Below, piece by piece: positions 6,818 through 16,551 of a stretch of 24,281 bases of DNA. Made by a program: the position numbers and the translations under genes. Source of the stretch: a virus (Duplodnaviria; Caudoviricetes); IMG/VR virus record IMGVR_UViG_3300020204_000364, positions 1 to 24,281 of that record; one strand, written 5' to 3'. A model generated the notes under the pieces. That model was not told where the DNA came from. It worked only from the letters and a program-made list of their open reading frames with translations, and did no database searches. Within the stretch, counting starts at the first letter, position 1. Every line of letters starts with the position of its first letter.

Positions 6818-8119
6818 ATGTCACAATATGAGCAGAGGTCTGGTACAGGCCTAATTCAAGGTATATCAATAAAATCTACAACAACAGATCAGGTTATTGA
6901 CATATCCAATCTGGTGATTGAGATAAGCTATTTTGAAAGCTTAGATCAACCAGCAGCATCAATGACATTAAGTATAATTGATGGTATTGGTTTAAGATCA
7001 TCTTTACCAATAATTGGTGGTGAAACTATAACTTTTTCATTCTCGGATAGCGAAAAGGGGTCCAATCGTATAAGTGGATCAATGCAAATTTATAAAATGA
7101 CAGGTAAGACAAGAATAAATCCAGGCTCTGATGGTTATGATATTTTTGCAACTTCACCAGAAATGCTAAGAGACCAATATACCATTATTTCTAATTCGCA
7201 AGAATCTTTAAATGTTGGTGATATGGCCAAAAAAATATTTGATGGTAATATTGCATCTATATCTGGTAAAAAGCTAACAACATTAGAACCGACAGAGGGT
7301 TCATTTGATTCTATCTTTCCTCGAGTTAGTCCATTTACAGCAATGAATTATCTCTCTGATGAAGCAAAGTCTGAAGATATCAGAAGTACATCAAATTATT
7401 TTTTCTTTGAAAATTCTTTAGGATATCATTTTGCATCATTTCAATACCTAATGCGTCAGCCAATTAAAAAGGTATTTCATTATCTTGATAGTAAGATACA
7501 AGGCGACAAAGCATTTGAGAGAAATCGCGTAGTATCAATTCAAGAAGATGTTGGATTTGATATTCTAGAGGGCGTATCTTCGGGTCAATTTGGTACTCAA
7601 GTTTTATCAATAGATCCTGTAGCAAAAAGATTTAGATCATCATCATATTTGTATAATAAAGATTTTGCAAAATATGATCACTCATCATCTAATCCAAAAT
7701 TGTCACCTCAATCGGCAAAAACATTTGGATCATCAATATCACGCGAGAAATTTATAGTATCAAATTCTTATCGCGGTACTATACCATTTGTGACACAGCG
7801 AGATGGTGATGCACAAAATGTATTTCGTCGCCGACAAGAATTTTTGGCTGCTGAAACAGCATCAAAGGCAGAGCTTCTAGCAAATGTAACTAAAATTCTT
7901 GTGCATGGTGATAGTAATTTGAATGTTGGTGATACTATAGAAATTAGAATACCACAATCTGGTGAGAGCACACTTAGACGCAGACAAACAGACGGGTTTT
8001 CTGGTGGTAAATATCTGATAGTCGCATTAGCACACCGTGTAGGACCAAGAGGTCTTCGTTATGGTACTGCATTAGAATGCGTCAAGGATTCTTATTCACA
8101 GCCCGTTGATGGGAGATAA
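6818..8119 (+). CDS. Baseplate central hub protein, gp27-like
   Basis: 433 aa between gp53 and gp5, with ISYFESLDQP, LPIIGGETI, YFFFENSLGYHFASFQYL and VHGDSNLNVGDTIEI...GKYLIVALAH, typical of gp27/Mu gp44-like hubs. Confidence 0.72.
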   Translation: MSQYEQRSGTGLIQGISIKSTTTDQVIDISNLVIEISYFESLDQPAASMTLSIIDGIGLRSSLPIIGGETITFSFSDSEKGSNRISGSMQIYKMTGKTRINPGSDGYDIFATSPEMLRDQYTIISNSQESLNVGDMAKKIFDGNIASISGKKLTTLEPTEGSFDSIFPRVSPFTAMNYLSDEAKSEDIRSTSNYFFFENSLGYHFASFQYLMRQPIKKVFHYLDSKIQGDKAFERNRVVSIQEDVGFDILEGVSSGQFGTQVLSIDPVAKRFRSSSYLYNKDFAKYDHSSSNPKLSPQSAKTFGSSISREKFIVSNSYRGTIPFVTQRDGDAQNVFRRRQEFLAAETASKAELLANVTKILVHGDSNLNVGDTIEIRIPQSGESTLRRRQTDGFSGGKYLIVALAHRVGPRGLRYGTALECVKDSYSQPVDGR

Positions 8120-8122
8120 AAT

Positions 8123-9361
8123 ATGCCGGTACGTGATGATGAGTGGTTAGGCACAAATGGCTTTACATGGTTTATGGGAATTGTAGAAGATCGTAATGAT
8201 CCTTTACGTGTCGGCCGTGTTCGTGTGAGATGTTATGGGTGGCATACATCAGATAAAACCGATCTTCCTAAGGAATCTCTTCCTTGGGCTCAAGTTATGG
8301 TTCCAACATCATCCGCATCTACCAGTGGTATTGGTAGTTCCCCAACAGGTCTAGTGGAAGGTTCTTGGGTTATCGGTTTTTTTCTAGATGGTAATAAAGC
8401 GCAGCAGCCCATGGTCATGGGAACTTTTCACGGTGTTCCCGGTGATGCATCAGCTGATAATGAAGGATTTAATGACCCAAATGGTACATATCCGCTAGCA
8501 CAAGGCACACCTGATACATCTGCACTTGCCGCTGGTGGCCAAGAATATATCGGGCATATGAATACAAGAGATCGTATTGCAAGTAGAGTAACTGAAATTC
8601 CAGAAGCTGCAATTCGTGCAACATCCTCTGTAACATATGATGATGCGGAACCCGTATATGAAACTCCAACTTGGAATCAGCCAGAAATACATGCAACAAC
8701 TACACCACCTCGTTACCCATTCAATCATGTACGCACAACTGAATCGGGTCATATTTTTGAAATTGATGATACCGATGGAGCAAGACGAATTCATGAATAT
8801 CATGCATCTGGTACCAATAGAGAAATAATGGATGATGGTACAAGAGTTACTAGAATAGTTGGTGATGATTATGAGATTGTAGTCAAAGACAAAAAGGTGT
8901 TGATATTTGGTGAATGTAGTGTCACCATTCAAGGTGATGCGCGAGTGAGAATTGATGGTAATATGGTGCATGAAGTATTGGGAAATTATCATCTTCATGT
9001 TGTTGGTAATATGACGTCTAAGATTGAAGGTAATCAAGAAACTGAGGTATTAGGTTCAGCAGTATCACAAATCAATGCAAATGATTCTAAGACTGTTGGT
9101 GGTAATAGAACCAGAGGTGTTGGTGGAACGGTGACAGAAAACTATGCATCTACTCATGATTATACTGCTGGTGGTAATGTGACAAATATTATTAACGGCA
9201 CAGTATTAACTGCATCTCTTGGTAAAATGACTCAGGTATCAGCAGGTGATATTGATATTGGGTCTGGTGGCGAAGCATCTATTGCTGGTAGATCATCTTT
9301 TACTGCTGGTTCTCCAGGACCAACTACAGTCAAAGGCTCAAGGATTGATCTAAACCCATGA
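8123..9361 (+). CDS. gp5: Baseplate hub central spike (OB-fold plus beta-helix), without a lysozyme domain
   Basis: 412 aa. OB domain WFMGIVEDRNDPLRVGRVRVRCYGWH...LPWAQV...GLVEGSWVIGFFLDG, then YPFNHVRTTESGHIFEIDDT...RIHEYHASGT, 8-residue V.G(N/D) beta-helix repeats, and C-terminal IDLNP. Confidence 0.93.
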   Translation: MPVRDDEWLGTNGFTWFMGIVEDRNDPLRVGRVRVRCYGWHTSDKTDLPKESLPWAQVMVPTSSASTSGIGSSPTGLVEGSWVIGFFLDGNKAQQPMVMGTFHGVPGDASADNEGFNDPNGTYPLAQGTPDTSALAAGGQEYIGHMNTRDRIASRVTEIPEAAIRATSSVTYDDAEPVYETPTWNQPEIHATTTPPRYPFNHVRTTESGHIFEIDDTDGARRIHEYHASGTNREIMDDGTRVTRIVGDDYEIVVKDKKVLIFGECSVTIQGDARVRIDGNMVHEVLGNYHLHVVGNMTSKIEGNQETEVLGSAVSQINANDSKTVGGNRTRGVGGTVTENYASTHDYTAGGNVTNIINGTVLTASLGKMTQVSAGDIDIGSGGEASIAGRSSFTAGSPGPTTVKGSRIDLNP

Positions 9362-10167
9362 CAACACCTCAGGAATTACAAAACGCACTAACATCTAATC
9401 CAGCAATAACCAATGCTGCACAATCGGCTTTATCATCAGGTTGTGGTATTGGCGCTGCTCTATCAGAAGTTAGATCGGCCATAACTTCTGCAACAACTGC
9501 TATCAACGGTGCAATACAAACCGCGACCGACATAGTGGCATTTGTTCAAAATTTACCAGCATTGATGACTGCTCAGGTAACAGCAGTAATTTCATCGGCT
9601 GTGTCTAATATCTTAGGGCCAGTGCAAGAATTAGCAAACCAACTTCAACAAGAAATTGCATCACTTGTAAGTCTGATAAATGACCCAATTGGATTTTTAT
9701 CACAATATCTTAGAATACAGCTATTATTTCCCAATATTGATTTGAATGGTCTACTCAATAATATATTATCTGGTATTAGCATATGTCAAGCATCTGCTAC
9801 TGCGACCGCACAACCAGCTGAACATCCACCATCAAATCAACCAGCGCAAGCTGCACCTGCACCAACACCAATTCCATCAGCACCTGCAGTTGAAGTTTCA
9901 CCAAATAGTTCAACACCTGCTCAAACTCGAATTGCTAGAGAAGAATTGGCAGCATTACCATCATCCGCACCAACTATTACCACAGCTGAACAAGATGCGT
10001 TAAATTTTCGATTAGAAACTGCACAATTAAGAATCGATAGACAGAGATTGGGACTACAATTAGCTTATACTCAATCACCTGAAATTAGAGAACAGCTAAC
10101 CGGTCAAATGCAAGAATTGCAAGATAGAATAGATGCTAGAACTTTGTCATCTGAGAGCGTTCGATGA
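9358..10167 (+). CDS. Hypothetical helical protein (Ala/Gln/Ile-rich, Pro-Ala linker, C-terminal coiled-coil)
   Basis: 269 aa, ATGA-coupled to gp5, filling the gap to gp25. Codon usage resembles the neighbours. No family recognised. Confidence 0.8.
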   Translation: MTTPQELQNALTSNPAITNAAQSALSSGCGIGAALSEVRSAITSATTAINGAIQTATDIVAFVQNLPALMTAQVTAVISSAVSNILGPVQELANQLQQEIASLVSLINDPIGFLSQYLRIQLLFPNIDLNGLLNNILSGISICQASATATAQPAEHPPSNQPAQAAPAPTPIPSAPAVEVSPNSSTPAQTRIAREELAALPSSAPTITTAEQDALNFRLETAQLRIDRQRLGLQLAYTQSPEIREQLTGQMQELQDRIDARTLSSESVR

Positions 10168-10176
10168 TATTATCTT

Positions 10177-10184
10177 AATAAATA
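10177..10184 (+). promoter_or_regulatory. Late promoter-like AATAAATA
   Basis: 7/8 match to TATAAATA in the intergenic gap before gp25, followed by SD GGAG at 10195-10198. Confidence 0.7.
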
Positions 10185-10205
10185 TGCCATAAATGGAGAG
10201 CTTAG

Positions 10206-10604
10206 ATGGCCGGTGCTATAAAAACCCCAATCTATAAAGATTTTGATCTGAATATGAAGATGCACCCGGTTACCGGTAAGCTCATTGTGCGTAAGAATTC
10301 TGATGCTGTAAAACAGGCAGTTAAATCATTAGTTTTAACAGACAAAGGCGAAAGACCATTTCGTCCTTTATTTGGTTCTGATATCAGATATAGATTATTT
10401 GATCTAATGGATCCATCATTGGAAATGAATGTGCAAACTGATATTGAATATGCTATCGAAAGCTATGAAGAACGGGCCCAGTTACTCGGTGTTGGTGTTG
10501 ACGCCGACCCTGATACAAATAATCTGAGAATAAACATATCATTTTCAACTAGAAATTCAGAAGCACCAGCTAGCGTCTCATTGACCTTGGAGGCCATACG
10601 TTAA
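10206..10604 (+). CDS. gp25: Baseplate wedge subunit / sheath initiator
   Basis: 132 aa, with YKDFDLNMKMHPVTGKL...AVKQAVKSLVLTDKGERPFRPLFGSDI...IESYEER. Confidence 0.93.
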   Translation: MAGAIKTPIYKDFDLNMKMHPVTGKLIVRKNSDAVKQAVKSLVLTDKGERPFRPLFGSDIRYRLFDLMDPSLEMNVQTDIEYAIESYEERAQLLGVGVDADPDTNNLRINISFSTRNSEAPASVSLTLEAIR

Positions 10605-12451
10605 TGGCTGCAAACAGCGCAATCACCGTCACTGGTCTAGACTTTGATACCATCAGGCTAAATCTGCGTAATTTTATAGCAGGTCGTCCAGACTTTGCTG
10701 ATTTTGATTTTGAAGATTCCGCGATAGGTACACTACTAGACCTTCTAGCATATAATACATATTATATGGCCTTCTATGCAAATATGGCGGCAAATGAATC
10801 ATTTCTAGATACGGCGCAGATTTATGAGAATGTGGTATCAAGAGCTAAGATGCTTGGTTATACACCAACCTCTGCTCGCGGTGCTACGGCCAATGTATTG
10901 ATTAGCTTTTCTACTGTTGCCAATTCTACATTTAGAACAATTAATATTGCAAAAGATACACAGTTTCGTACGACAGTAAATGGTGTATCATATAGCTTTG
11001 TTACACCGCAATCTTATCCGATATATGCAAATTCAACAAATGGATTCCGTGGTCATATTCAAATAACTGAAGGCACACCATTAACACATCTCTATTTGTT
11101 TACTGCGGCCAATACCTCATTTGTATTACCGAATGCAAATACTGATACCTCAAGTATTGTGGTCAGTGTAACTACTGCTGGTAATACGCAAACCTACTCA
11201 CAAGTTTCTGATCTTAAAGCTGTAAATTCAACTTCTCGTGTATTTTTTGTCGAGCCTGATCGCAATAAGCTTTATAAAATCAGCTTTGGTGATAATATAC
11301 TAGGTAAGAAGCCATCTTTTAATAGCACAGTAACGGTATCATATCGTGTTAGCAATGGTATTAGACCTAACGGTGCAAATAATTTTACTGCTGTTGGTAC
11401 AGTTGGTGGTCAAAGCAGCTTTACACTCACAGCCGTAGAGCGGGCAGAAGGCGGCGCTGAAATAGAAACGGCCGAGTCAATTAAATTTAATGCGCCGCGT
11501 CTTTATGAAACGCAAAACCGCGCTGTCACAAAGGAAGATTATAAGAGAATTATTCTGCGTGATAATCCGGACCTCTCCGCTGTAAATGTGTGGGGTGGTG
11601 AGGAAAATGATCCGCCAATTTTTGGTAAAGTCTATGCTTCCATCAAGCCTAAGATTGGTACTCTAGTATCGACCAATCGTAAAGAACGTGTTATACTTGG
11701 TTTACGATCATATAATGTACAGTCAATTGATATCGAGATAGTTGATCCAACATATCTTTATATTGTACCGACAATTATTGTAAGATATGATCCGCTTCTT
11801 ACGACATTGCAACCGTCAGAAATTGCGGTTCGCATTGCAAATAAGATCATAGCTTATGAATCTACAAATCTAAATCGCTTTGATGGTAGATTTAGATTTT
11901 CAAAATTTCTAAGCAGCATCGATACCGCCGATGCTTCTATTGTGTCAAGCACGGGCAAGATTGAAGCTCAGAAAAAGTTTCTACCGTCAATAACAACATC
12001 AAATACATATCGCATTCCATTCAATCGAATGATTTTTCATCCAAGCGATGGATATCAAACGGCAGTATCATCAACCGCATTTACTACAGATGGCCTAACA
12101 ACATTCTTTGATGATGATGGATTTGGTAATGTAAGAATTTATTACTTATCTCAAGGCACCAGAACTTATATCAAGTCTGTTGGAACCATAGATTATGTAA
12201 CAGGTCTTATAACTCTGAATGCATTTGCTCCAACCGCAGTTGCAAATAGTAGTGAAATTGATATTAGAGTTGAACTTGATGATTATAATATCTCACCAGT
12301 AAGAAATCAAATTCTATTAATAGCTGGTGCCAAGATAACTCTGATAAATGATAATACTGGAGCAATTGATGCTCGACTTGATACAGTTAGCACAGTTGGT
12401 AACAGTGCTACATTAGGTGCGACATCAATCTCACAGCTGACGATATATTAA
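10604..12451 (+). CDS. gp6: Baseplate wedge subunit
   Basis: 615 aa, with LDFDTIRLNL...DFDFEDS...LLDLLAYNTYY...ANESFLDTAQ..NVVSRAKMLGYTP.S, FGDNILGKKP, ESIKFNAP..YETQNRAVTKEDY, VWGGEENDPP.FGKVY and GTIDYVTG. Confidence 0.95.
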   Translation: MAANSAITVTGLDFDTIRLNLRNFIAGRPDFADFDFEDSAIGTLLDLLAYNTYYMAFYANMAANESFLDTAQIYENVVSRAKMLGYTPTSARGATANVLISFSTVANSTFRTINIAKDTQFRTTVNGVSYSFVTPQSYPIYANSTNGFRGHIQITEGTPLTHLYLFTAANTSFVLPNANTDTSSIVVSVTTAGNTQTYSQVSDLKAVNSTSRVFFVEPDRNKLYKISFGDNILGKKPSFNSTVTVSYRVSNGIRPNGANNFTAVGTVGGQSSFTLTAVERAEGGAEIETAESIKFNAPRLYETQNRAVTKEDYKRIILRDNPDLSAVNVWGGEENDPPIFGKVYASIKPKIGTLVSTNRKERVILGLRSYNVQSIDIEIVDPTYLYIVPTIIVRYDPLLTTLQPSEIAVRIANKIIAYESTNLNRFDGRFRFSKFLSSIDTADASIVSSTGKIEAQKKFLPSITTSNTYRIPFNRMIFHPSDGYQTAVSSTAFTTDGLTTFFDDDGFGNVRIYYLSQGTRTYIKSVGTIDYVTGLITLNAFAPTAVANSSEIDIRVELDDYNISPVRNQILLIAGAKITLINDNTGAIDARLDTVSTVGNSATLGATSISQLTIY

Positions 12452-12452
12452 T

Positions 12453-14933
12453 ATGGCAATTTCAGGCGCCGAAGAAATCTTCAAGAAAATATCACCTCTT
12501 ATCGAGGCACAATTTCCTGCATTTCTTCGCGATGAAGGGCCGCGCTTTGTTTCATTTCTAAAAGCATATTATGAATTTCTAGAGCAGTCTGGCCAGACCG
12601 TAGATGTAACACGCAGTCTAGTTGAATATCAAGATATTGATCGTACATTGGATTCTTTTGTGGAATATTTCCGCAAAGAATTTATGTTGAATATACCAAA
12701 AGATGTGCTAGCCGACAAGAGATTGTTGGTAAAGCATATTAGAGATTTTTATAGAACAAGAGGGTCAAAATTTTCATATGACTTTCTATTCTATGCATTA
12801 TTCAATAAACAGATTGAGATTATCTATCCTGGCGATTACATTCTAAGAGCATCTGATGGTCGTTGGGTTAAAGAGACAATTCTTCGTGTTGGTAATCCAT
12901 TTTCAATTCTACCAAAAAATTTTGATGGTAGAAATATAGTTGGTACTCAATCTGGCGCTACGGCTCGTGTGCAAAAAGTTACACAAGTTGTTGTTTTAGG
13001 ACATCCGCTATTTGAGCTGCTTGTTGAAAACGTAGTCGGATCATTTGTTGACGGTGAAACGGTTACCGATGATCTAGGTAATACAGCAACCATTACATCA
13101 GCATTTGGTAGCTTGATTGGTATTGAAGAAGTTGTAGATTCCGGAGCGTTTCATCAATCGGGTGATGATGTTGTTATCACATCATCTGGCGCTACTGCCG
13201 CGGCCAGGGTGGCTGCCACAAATGATCAAGGACCTGTAACATTTCGTATCAATAGAGGTGGTAGTGGTTATCGTTTAGGTCAAACTGTCATTGCAATAGA
13301 AGGTGGATCCGGTACTGGCGCGGCCGCTGTGGTTACATCTCTTTCTAATACAACATTTGTTAGTCTGAATACAAATCAAATTGGTGCCTTACAAAATGTT
13401 GTTCTCAATACAGGATCTACATTTGTTTCTCTTGGTACTAATTCTGCTGCTGTATCGGCAAATCTTGCTGCGGCTAATATATCATCACAGCTAGTGACAT
13501 CATTGAATTTTGCAAATTCAGTTGCTGGTACAATTAATGCAATATCCGTAACAAGTGTTGGTAAAAATTATGTTCCTGAATTACCAACAGTAACTGTTAC
13601 AGATCAGGTTGTATTTGAGCAAGCTTTACCTGGTCAAAATGGACAATTTAAGGGTGGTGATGCTGTCATTGCTGTCATACGAGCACCAGGTGCAATTACA
13701 CGACTTGAGGTAATTTCATCCGATGCATCGTTTGATAAATTTGCTGATGCAATTGTTGTCAATTCTCGCGGTGTAGCACCAACTATTGATACTAATACAG
13801 ATCAAGCTGGTATTACAAGACACACAATCAGAAATACAACATACAATGCTGATATCAAACCAATTATCTCAGGCGTTATCAATCAGCCGGGTAGATATAT
13901 TGATACCAAAGGTTTTCTAAGCTGGAATATGAGATTACAAGATAATGATTTCTATCAAGAATATTCATATCTAATTCGAGTGACCGAGATTGTTGACAAA
14001 TACCGCGATGTAGTTAAGAGAGTATTACATCCTGCGGGTTCTAAGATGTTTGGTAGCTATCAGTTTGTATCAAATACTGTATTGACGCACAATCATGGTT
14101 TTGTTTATAGTCAACAAGCACTACTACCAATACCATTAAATGTTAATAAAGCAATTCTTATGTCTGCAAATGTATCTGTAGACGCACAGGATAGTCAGCC
14201 AGTAGGACTAACATTTAATTCGTCTGGTAAAAGAATGTATGTTATTGGTACAAATCAAGATAAGGTATTTCAATATAAACTAGCAACAGCTTTTGATGTG
14301 TCTACAGCAACTTATATGTCTAAGAGCATATCGATTGCAAATACATCTACATCTGGCCCAGGTGATACAGAACCACGTGATGTTCAGTTTAATCCTGAGG
14401 GCAACACAATGTATATTGTTGGTACAACTAGAGATACTGTTTATCAATATTCATTATCAACTGCTTGGGATGTATCAACTGTAACATATTCATCAAAAAG
14501 TAAAGATGTTTCTGCACAGGAGACAAATCCTCAGTCGCTTGCATTTAGCGATGATGGTTATAAGATGTATATTCTTGGTTCAACAAATGACAGCATATTT
14601 CAATACACACTATCAATACCATGGGATGTATCAACTGCAACTTATGCATCTAAATTCTTATCTGTTACGTCGCAGGAAAATAGTCCATTAGCTATGGCAT
14701 TTAGTAATGACGGTAAGAAGGTTCTTGTTGTCGGTAGCACAAATGATACTGTTTATCAATATTCATTATCAACTGCTTGGGATGTGTCAACGGGCTCTTT
14801 TGACAGTAAAAGTTTATATGTTGGTAATCAAGAGGCCGCACCTCATGCATTAGCATTAAGCACCGATCAAACCAAAATGTTTATTCTTGGTACAGCAAGT
14901 GATATAGTTTATACCTATCAAAGGTCTACCTAG
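12453..14933 (+). CDS. gp7: Baseplate wedge initiator, gp7-like, with a C-terminal beta-propeller
   Basis: 826 aa between gp6 and gp8, with LIEAQFPAF...FVSFLKAYYEFLE, LVKHIRDFYRTRGS..SYDFLF..LF, ILRASDGRW and LQDNDFYQEYSY...VKRVLHPAGSKMFG. The last ~255 aa are five ~52-aa repeats. Confidence 0.8.
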   Translation: MAISGAEEIFKKISPLIEAQFPAFLRDEGPRFVSFLKAYYEFLEQSGQTVDVTRSLVEYQDIDRTLDSFVEYFRKEFMLNIPKDVLADKRLLVKHIRDFYRTRGSKFSYDFLFYALFNKQIEIIYPGDYILRASDGRWVKETILRVGNPFSILPKNFDGRNIVGTQSGATARVQKVTQVVVLGHPLFELLVENVVGSFVDGETVTDDLGNTATITSAFGSLIGIEEVVDSGAFHQSGDDVVITSSGATAAARVAATNDQGPVTFRINRGGSGYRLGQTVIAIEGGSGTGAAAVVTSLSNTTFVSLNTNQIGALQNVVLNTGSTFVSLGTNSAAVSANLAAANISSQLVTSLNFANSVAGTINAISVTSVGKNYVPELPTVTVTDQVVFEQALPGQNGQFKGGDAVIAVIRAPGAITRLEVISSDASFDKFADAIVVNSRGVAPTIDTNTDQAGITRHTIRNTTYNADIKPIISGVINQPGRYIDTKGFLSWNMRLQDNDFYQEYSYLIRVTEIVDKYRDVVKRVLHPAGSKMFGSYQFVSNTVLTHNHGFVYSQQALLPIPLNVNKAILMSANVSVDAQDSQPVGLTFNSSGKRMYVIGTNQDKVFQYKLATAFDVSTATYMSKSISIANTSTSGPGDTEPRDVQFNPEGNTMYIVGTTRDTVYQYSLSTAWDVSTVTYSSKSKDVSAQETNPQSLAFSDDGYKMYILGSTNDSIFQYTLSIPWDVSTATYASKFLSVTSQENSPLAMAFSNDGKKVLVVGSTNDTVYQYSLSTAWDVSTGSFDSKSLYVGNQEAAPHALALSTDQTKMFILGTASDIVYTYQRST
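14160..14930 (+). repeat. Five ~52-aa beta-propeller-type repeats, including a perfect 41-bp direct repeat
   Basis: Consensus P..L.FS.DG.KMY..G..ND.VYQY.LSTAWDVST. gatactgtttatcaatattcattatcaactgcttgggatgt occurs at 14433-14473 and 14745-14785, 312 nt (2 repeats) apart. Confidence 0.9.
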
Positions 14934-14937
14934 ACCT

Positions 14938-14945
14938 GATAAATA
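14938..14945 (+). promoter_or_regulatory. Late promoter-like GATAAATA
   Basis: 7/8 match to TATAAATA in the 33-bp gap between gp7 and gp8, followed by purine-rich AGGAAAAGG before the ATG. Confidence 0.7.
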
Positions 14946-14966
14946 ATCGAACTAGGAAAAGGTTAG

Positions 14967-16535
14967 ATGACAAATAGAATCACCCCATTTTTTAGATTGA
15001 ATACTGCAGATCAGTTGAAGGAATCATTTGATGAACCTTCTCCTACTCGGCTTTATATGTTTGTTGGTAGGGTGACACCTTTTGCCAATGATTCATTACC
15101 ACCTGCAATAACAAATACACAATTTACTACAGAATTTGATGTATATAAAGACATGATTGCAATGAAACGTATCAATTCAAATGATATTATATCTGTTGTA
15201 CCACGATATAGCTGGACAAATAATACTGTCTTTACTCAATATAATGATAAAACTGCAAATTTTTATGACAAAAATTTTTATGTCATTACTTCAGAAAACA
15301 ACGTTTATAAATGTATTGATAATCATAGCGGCGCAGCATCAACCGAAGAGCCTTCGGGGATTAGCACATCAATTATTAGCACGGCCGATGGATATCGTTG
15401 GAAATTCTTATTTGCTGTTACTACAGCCGATGCACAAAAATTCTTAACATCAACTTATATTCCAGTAAGACAGCTAACTGCCAATAACGGAAGCGCACAG
15501 TGGTCCGTGCAGCAAGCCGCATCTAATGGTTCCATAGATCATGTGGTGGTAACATCAAATGGCAGCGGATATTTAAGTACATCAAATACATTTTTTTCTA
15601 TAACTAATTCAACGACTGTAAGATTACAAACAAATGCATTGCAGATTGATGGTGCATATACAGGATCAACACTTTATATTTCTTCAGGTCTTGGTATTGG
15701 TCAGCTAAGACGTATTACAAAATATATTGGTACCGGCCGTATTGTAACCGTCAATGGTGCATTTACAATTACACCAAACACTTCATCAACATATTCAATT
15801 GCGCCCACTGCTCTAATCACCGGTGATAGTGGAGCCACGGCCGCAATTAGAGCTACGGCCCATGTGTCTAATACATTTGGTGGTCAAGTTCGTAAAATTA
15901 CTATAGTAACCAACGGCCGCAGCTACTCATTTGCAAATGTTGTCATTACGGCAAATACGACATATGGTTCTGGTGCGGCAGCACAAGCTGTGATATCTCC
16001 AAGAGGTGGTCATGGTAGTAATGCTCGCAATGAACTAAATGCTAAAGACTTGATGCTTTCAATATCCGTATCTGGTGGCGAGTCAAATACATTTCCTACA
16101 AATAATGATTTTAGAACAGTTGGTATTATTAGAGATCCTAAGCTCAGAAGCGGACCTTCGGCAAATGCTTCGGTAATTGATCAATGTCATCGTATTGTAT
16201 TGCAAAATGTTACTGGTGACTATACTGCCGACGAAGTTGTAACTGGTGGAACAAGTGGTGCGAAAGCTAGAGTTGTTTATTTTGCAAATACTAATGCAGC
16301 TAAATCAAAAGGTATTCTTAGAGTAATACGGTTATCAACAAATGGTATTGGTCAAGGATTTGCACAAACCGAAACATTGACATCAGCCTCTTCTGGTGTA
16401 ACAGCTACTATTATCAATGCCGTAAAGCCCGCTATTAGAGAAAATACTGGAGATGTCTTATACATAGAAAGCAATCCGCCAATTGTCAGAAAACCAGATC
16501 AACTTGAAGAATTTAGATTTGTCGTGACGTTTTAA
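14967..16535 (+). CDS. gp8: Baseplate wedge subunit (extended form)
   Basis: 522 aa, with LYMFVGR, MIAMKRI...VVPRYSW, FYVITSENNVYKCIDN, STEEPSG...TADGYRWKFLF, ISPRGGHGSNA..EL, NDFRTVGIIRDP and TGDVLYIE...I.R..DQ.EEFRFVVTF. Confidence 0.9.
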   Translation: MTNRITPFFRLNTADQLKESFDEPSPTRLYMFVGRVTPFANDSLPPAITNTQFTTEFDVYKDMIAMKRINSNDIISVVPRYSWTNNTVFTQYNDKTANFYDKNFYVITSENNVYKCIDNHSGAASTEEPSGISTSIISTADGYRWKFLFAVTTADAQKFLTSTYIPVRQLTANNGSAQWSVQQAASNGSIDHVVVTSNGSGYLSTSNTFFSITNSTTVRLQTNALQIDGAYTGSTLYISSGLGIGQLRRITKYIGTGRIVTVNGAFTITPNTSSTYSIAPTALITGDSGATAAIRATAHVSNTFGGQVRKITIVTNGRSYSFANVVITANTTYGSGAAAQAVISPRGGHGSNARNELNAKDLMLSISVSGGESNTFPTNNDFRTVGIIRDPKLRSGPSANASVIDQCHRIVLQNVTGDYTADEVVTGGTSGAKARVVYFANTNAAKSKGILRVIRLSTNGIGQGFAQTETLTSASSGVTATIINAVKPAIRENTGDVLYIESNPPIVRKPDQLEEFRFVVTF

Positions 16536-16551
16536 GGAATAAGAGGAACAG

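Noticed and set aside
8377-8383. In-phase T TTT TTT heptamer within gp5
   Set aside because: The -1 frame stops after three codons (TCT AGA TGG TAA), within the conserved GFF motif. This shows such heptamers arise by chance here, so the gp26 case rests on its context.
14433-14785. 41-bp direct repeat as a DGR template/variable pair or att site
   Set aside because: Both copies are in-frame blades of one protein repeat and are identical rather than adenine-mutated. No reverse transcriptase or integrase is in the window.
15591-15597. T7 run within gp8
   Set aside because: The -1 frame hits TAA within a few codons, so there is no alternative product.
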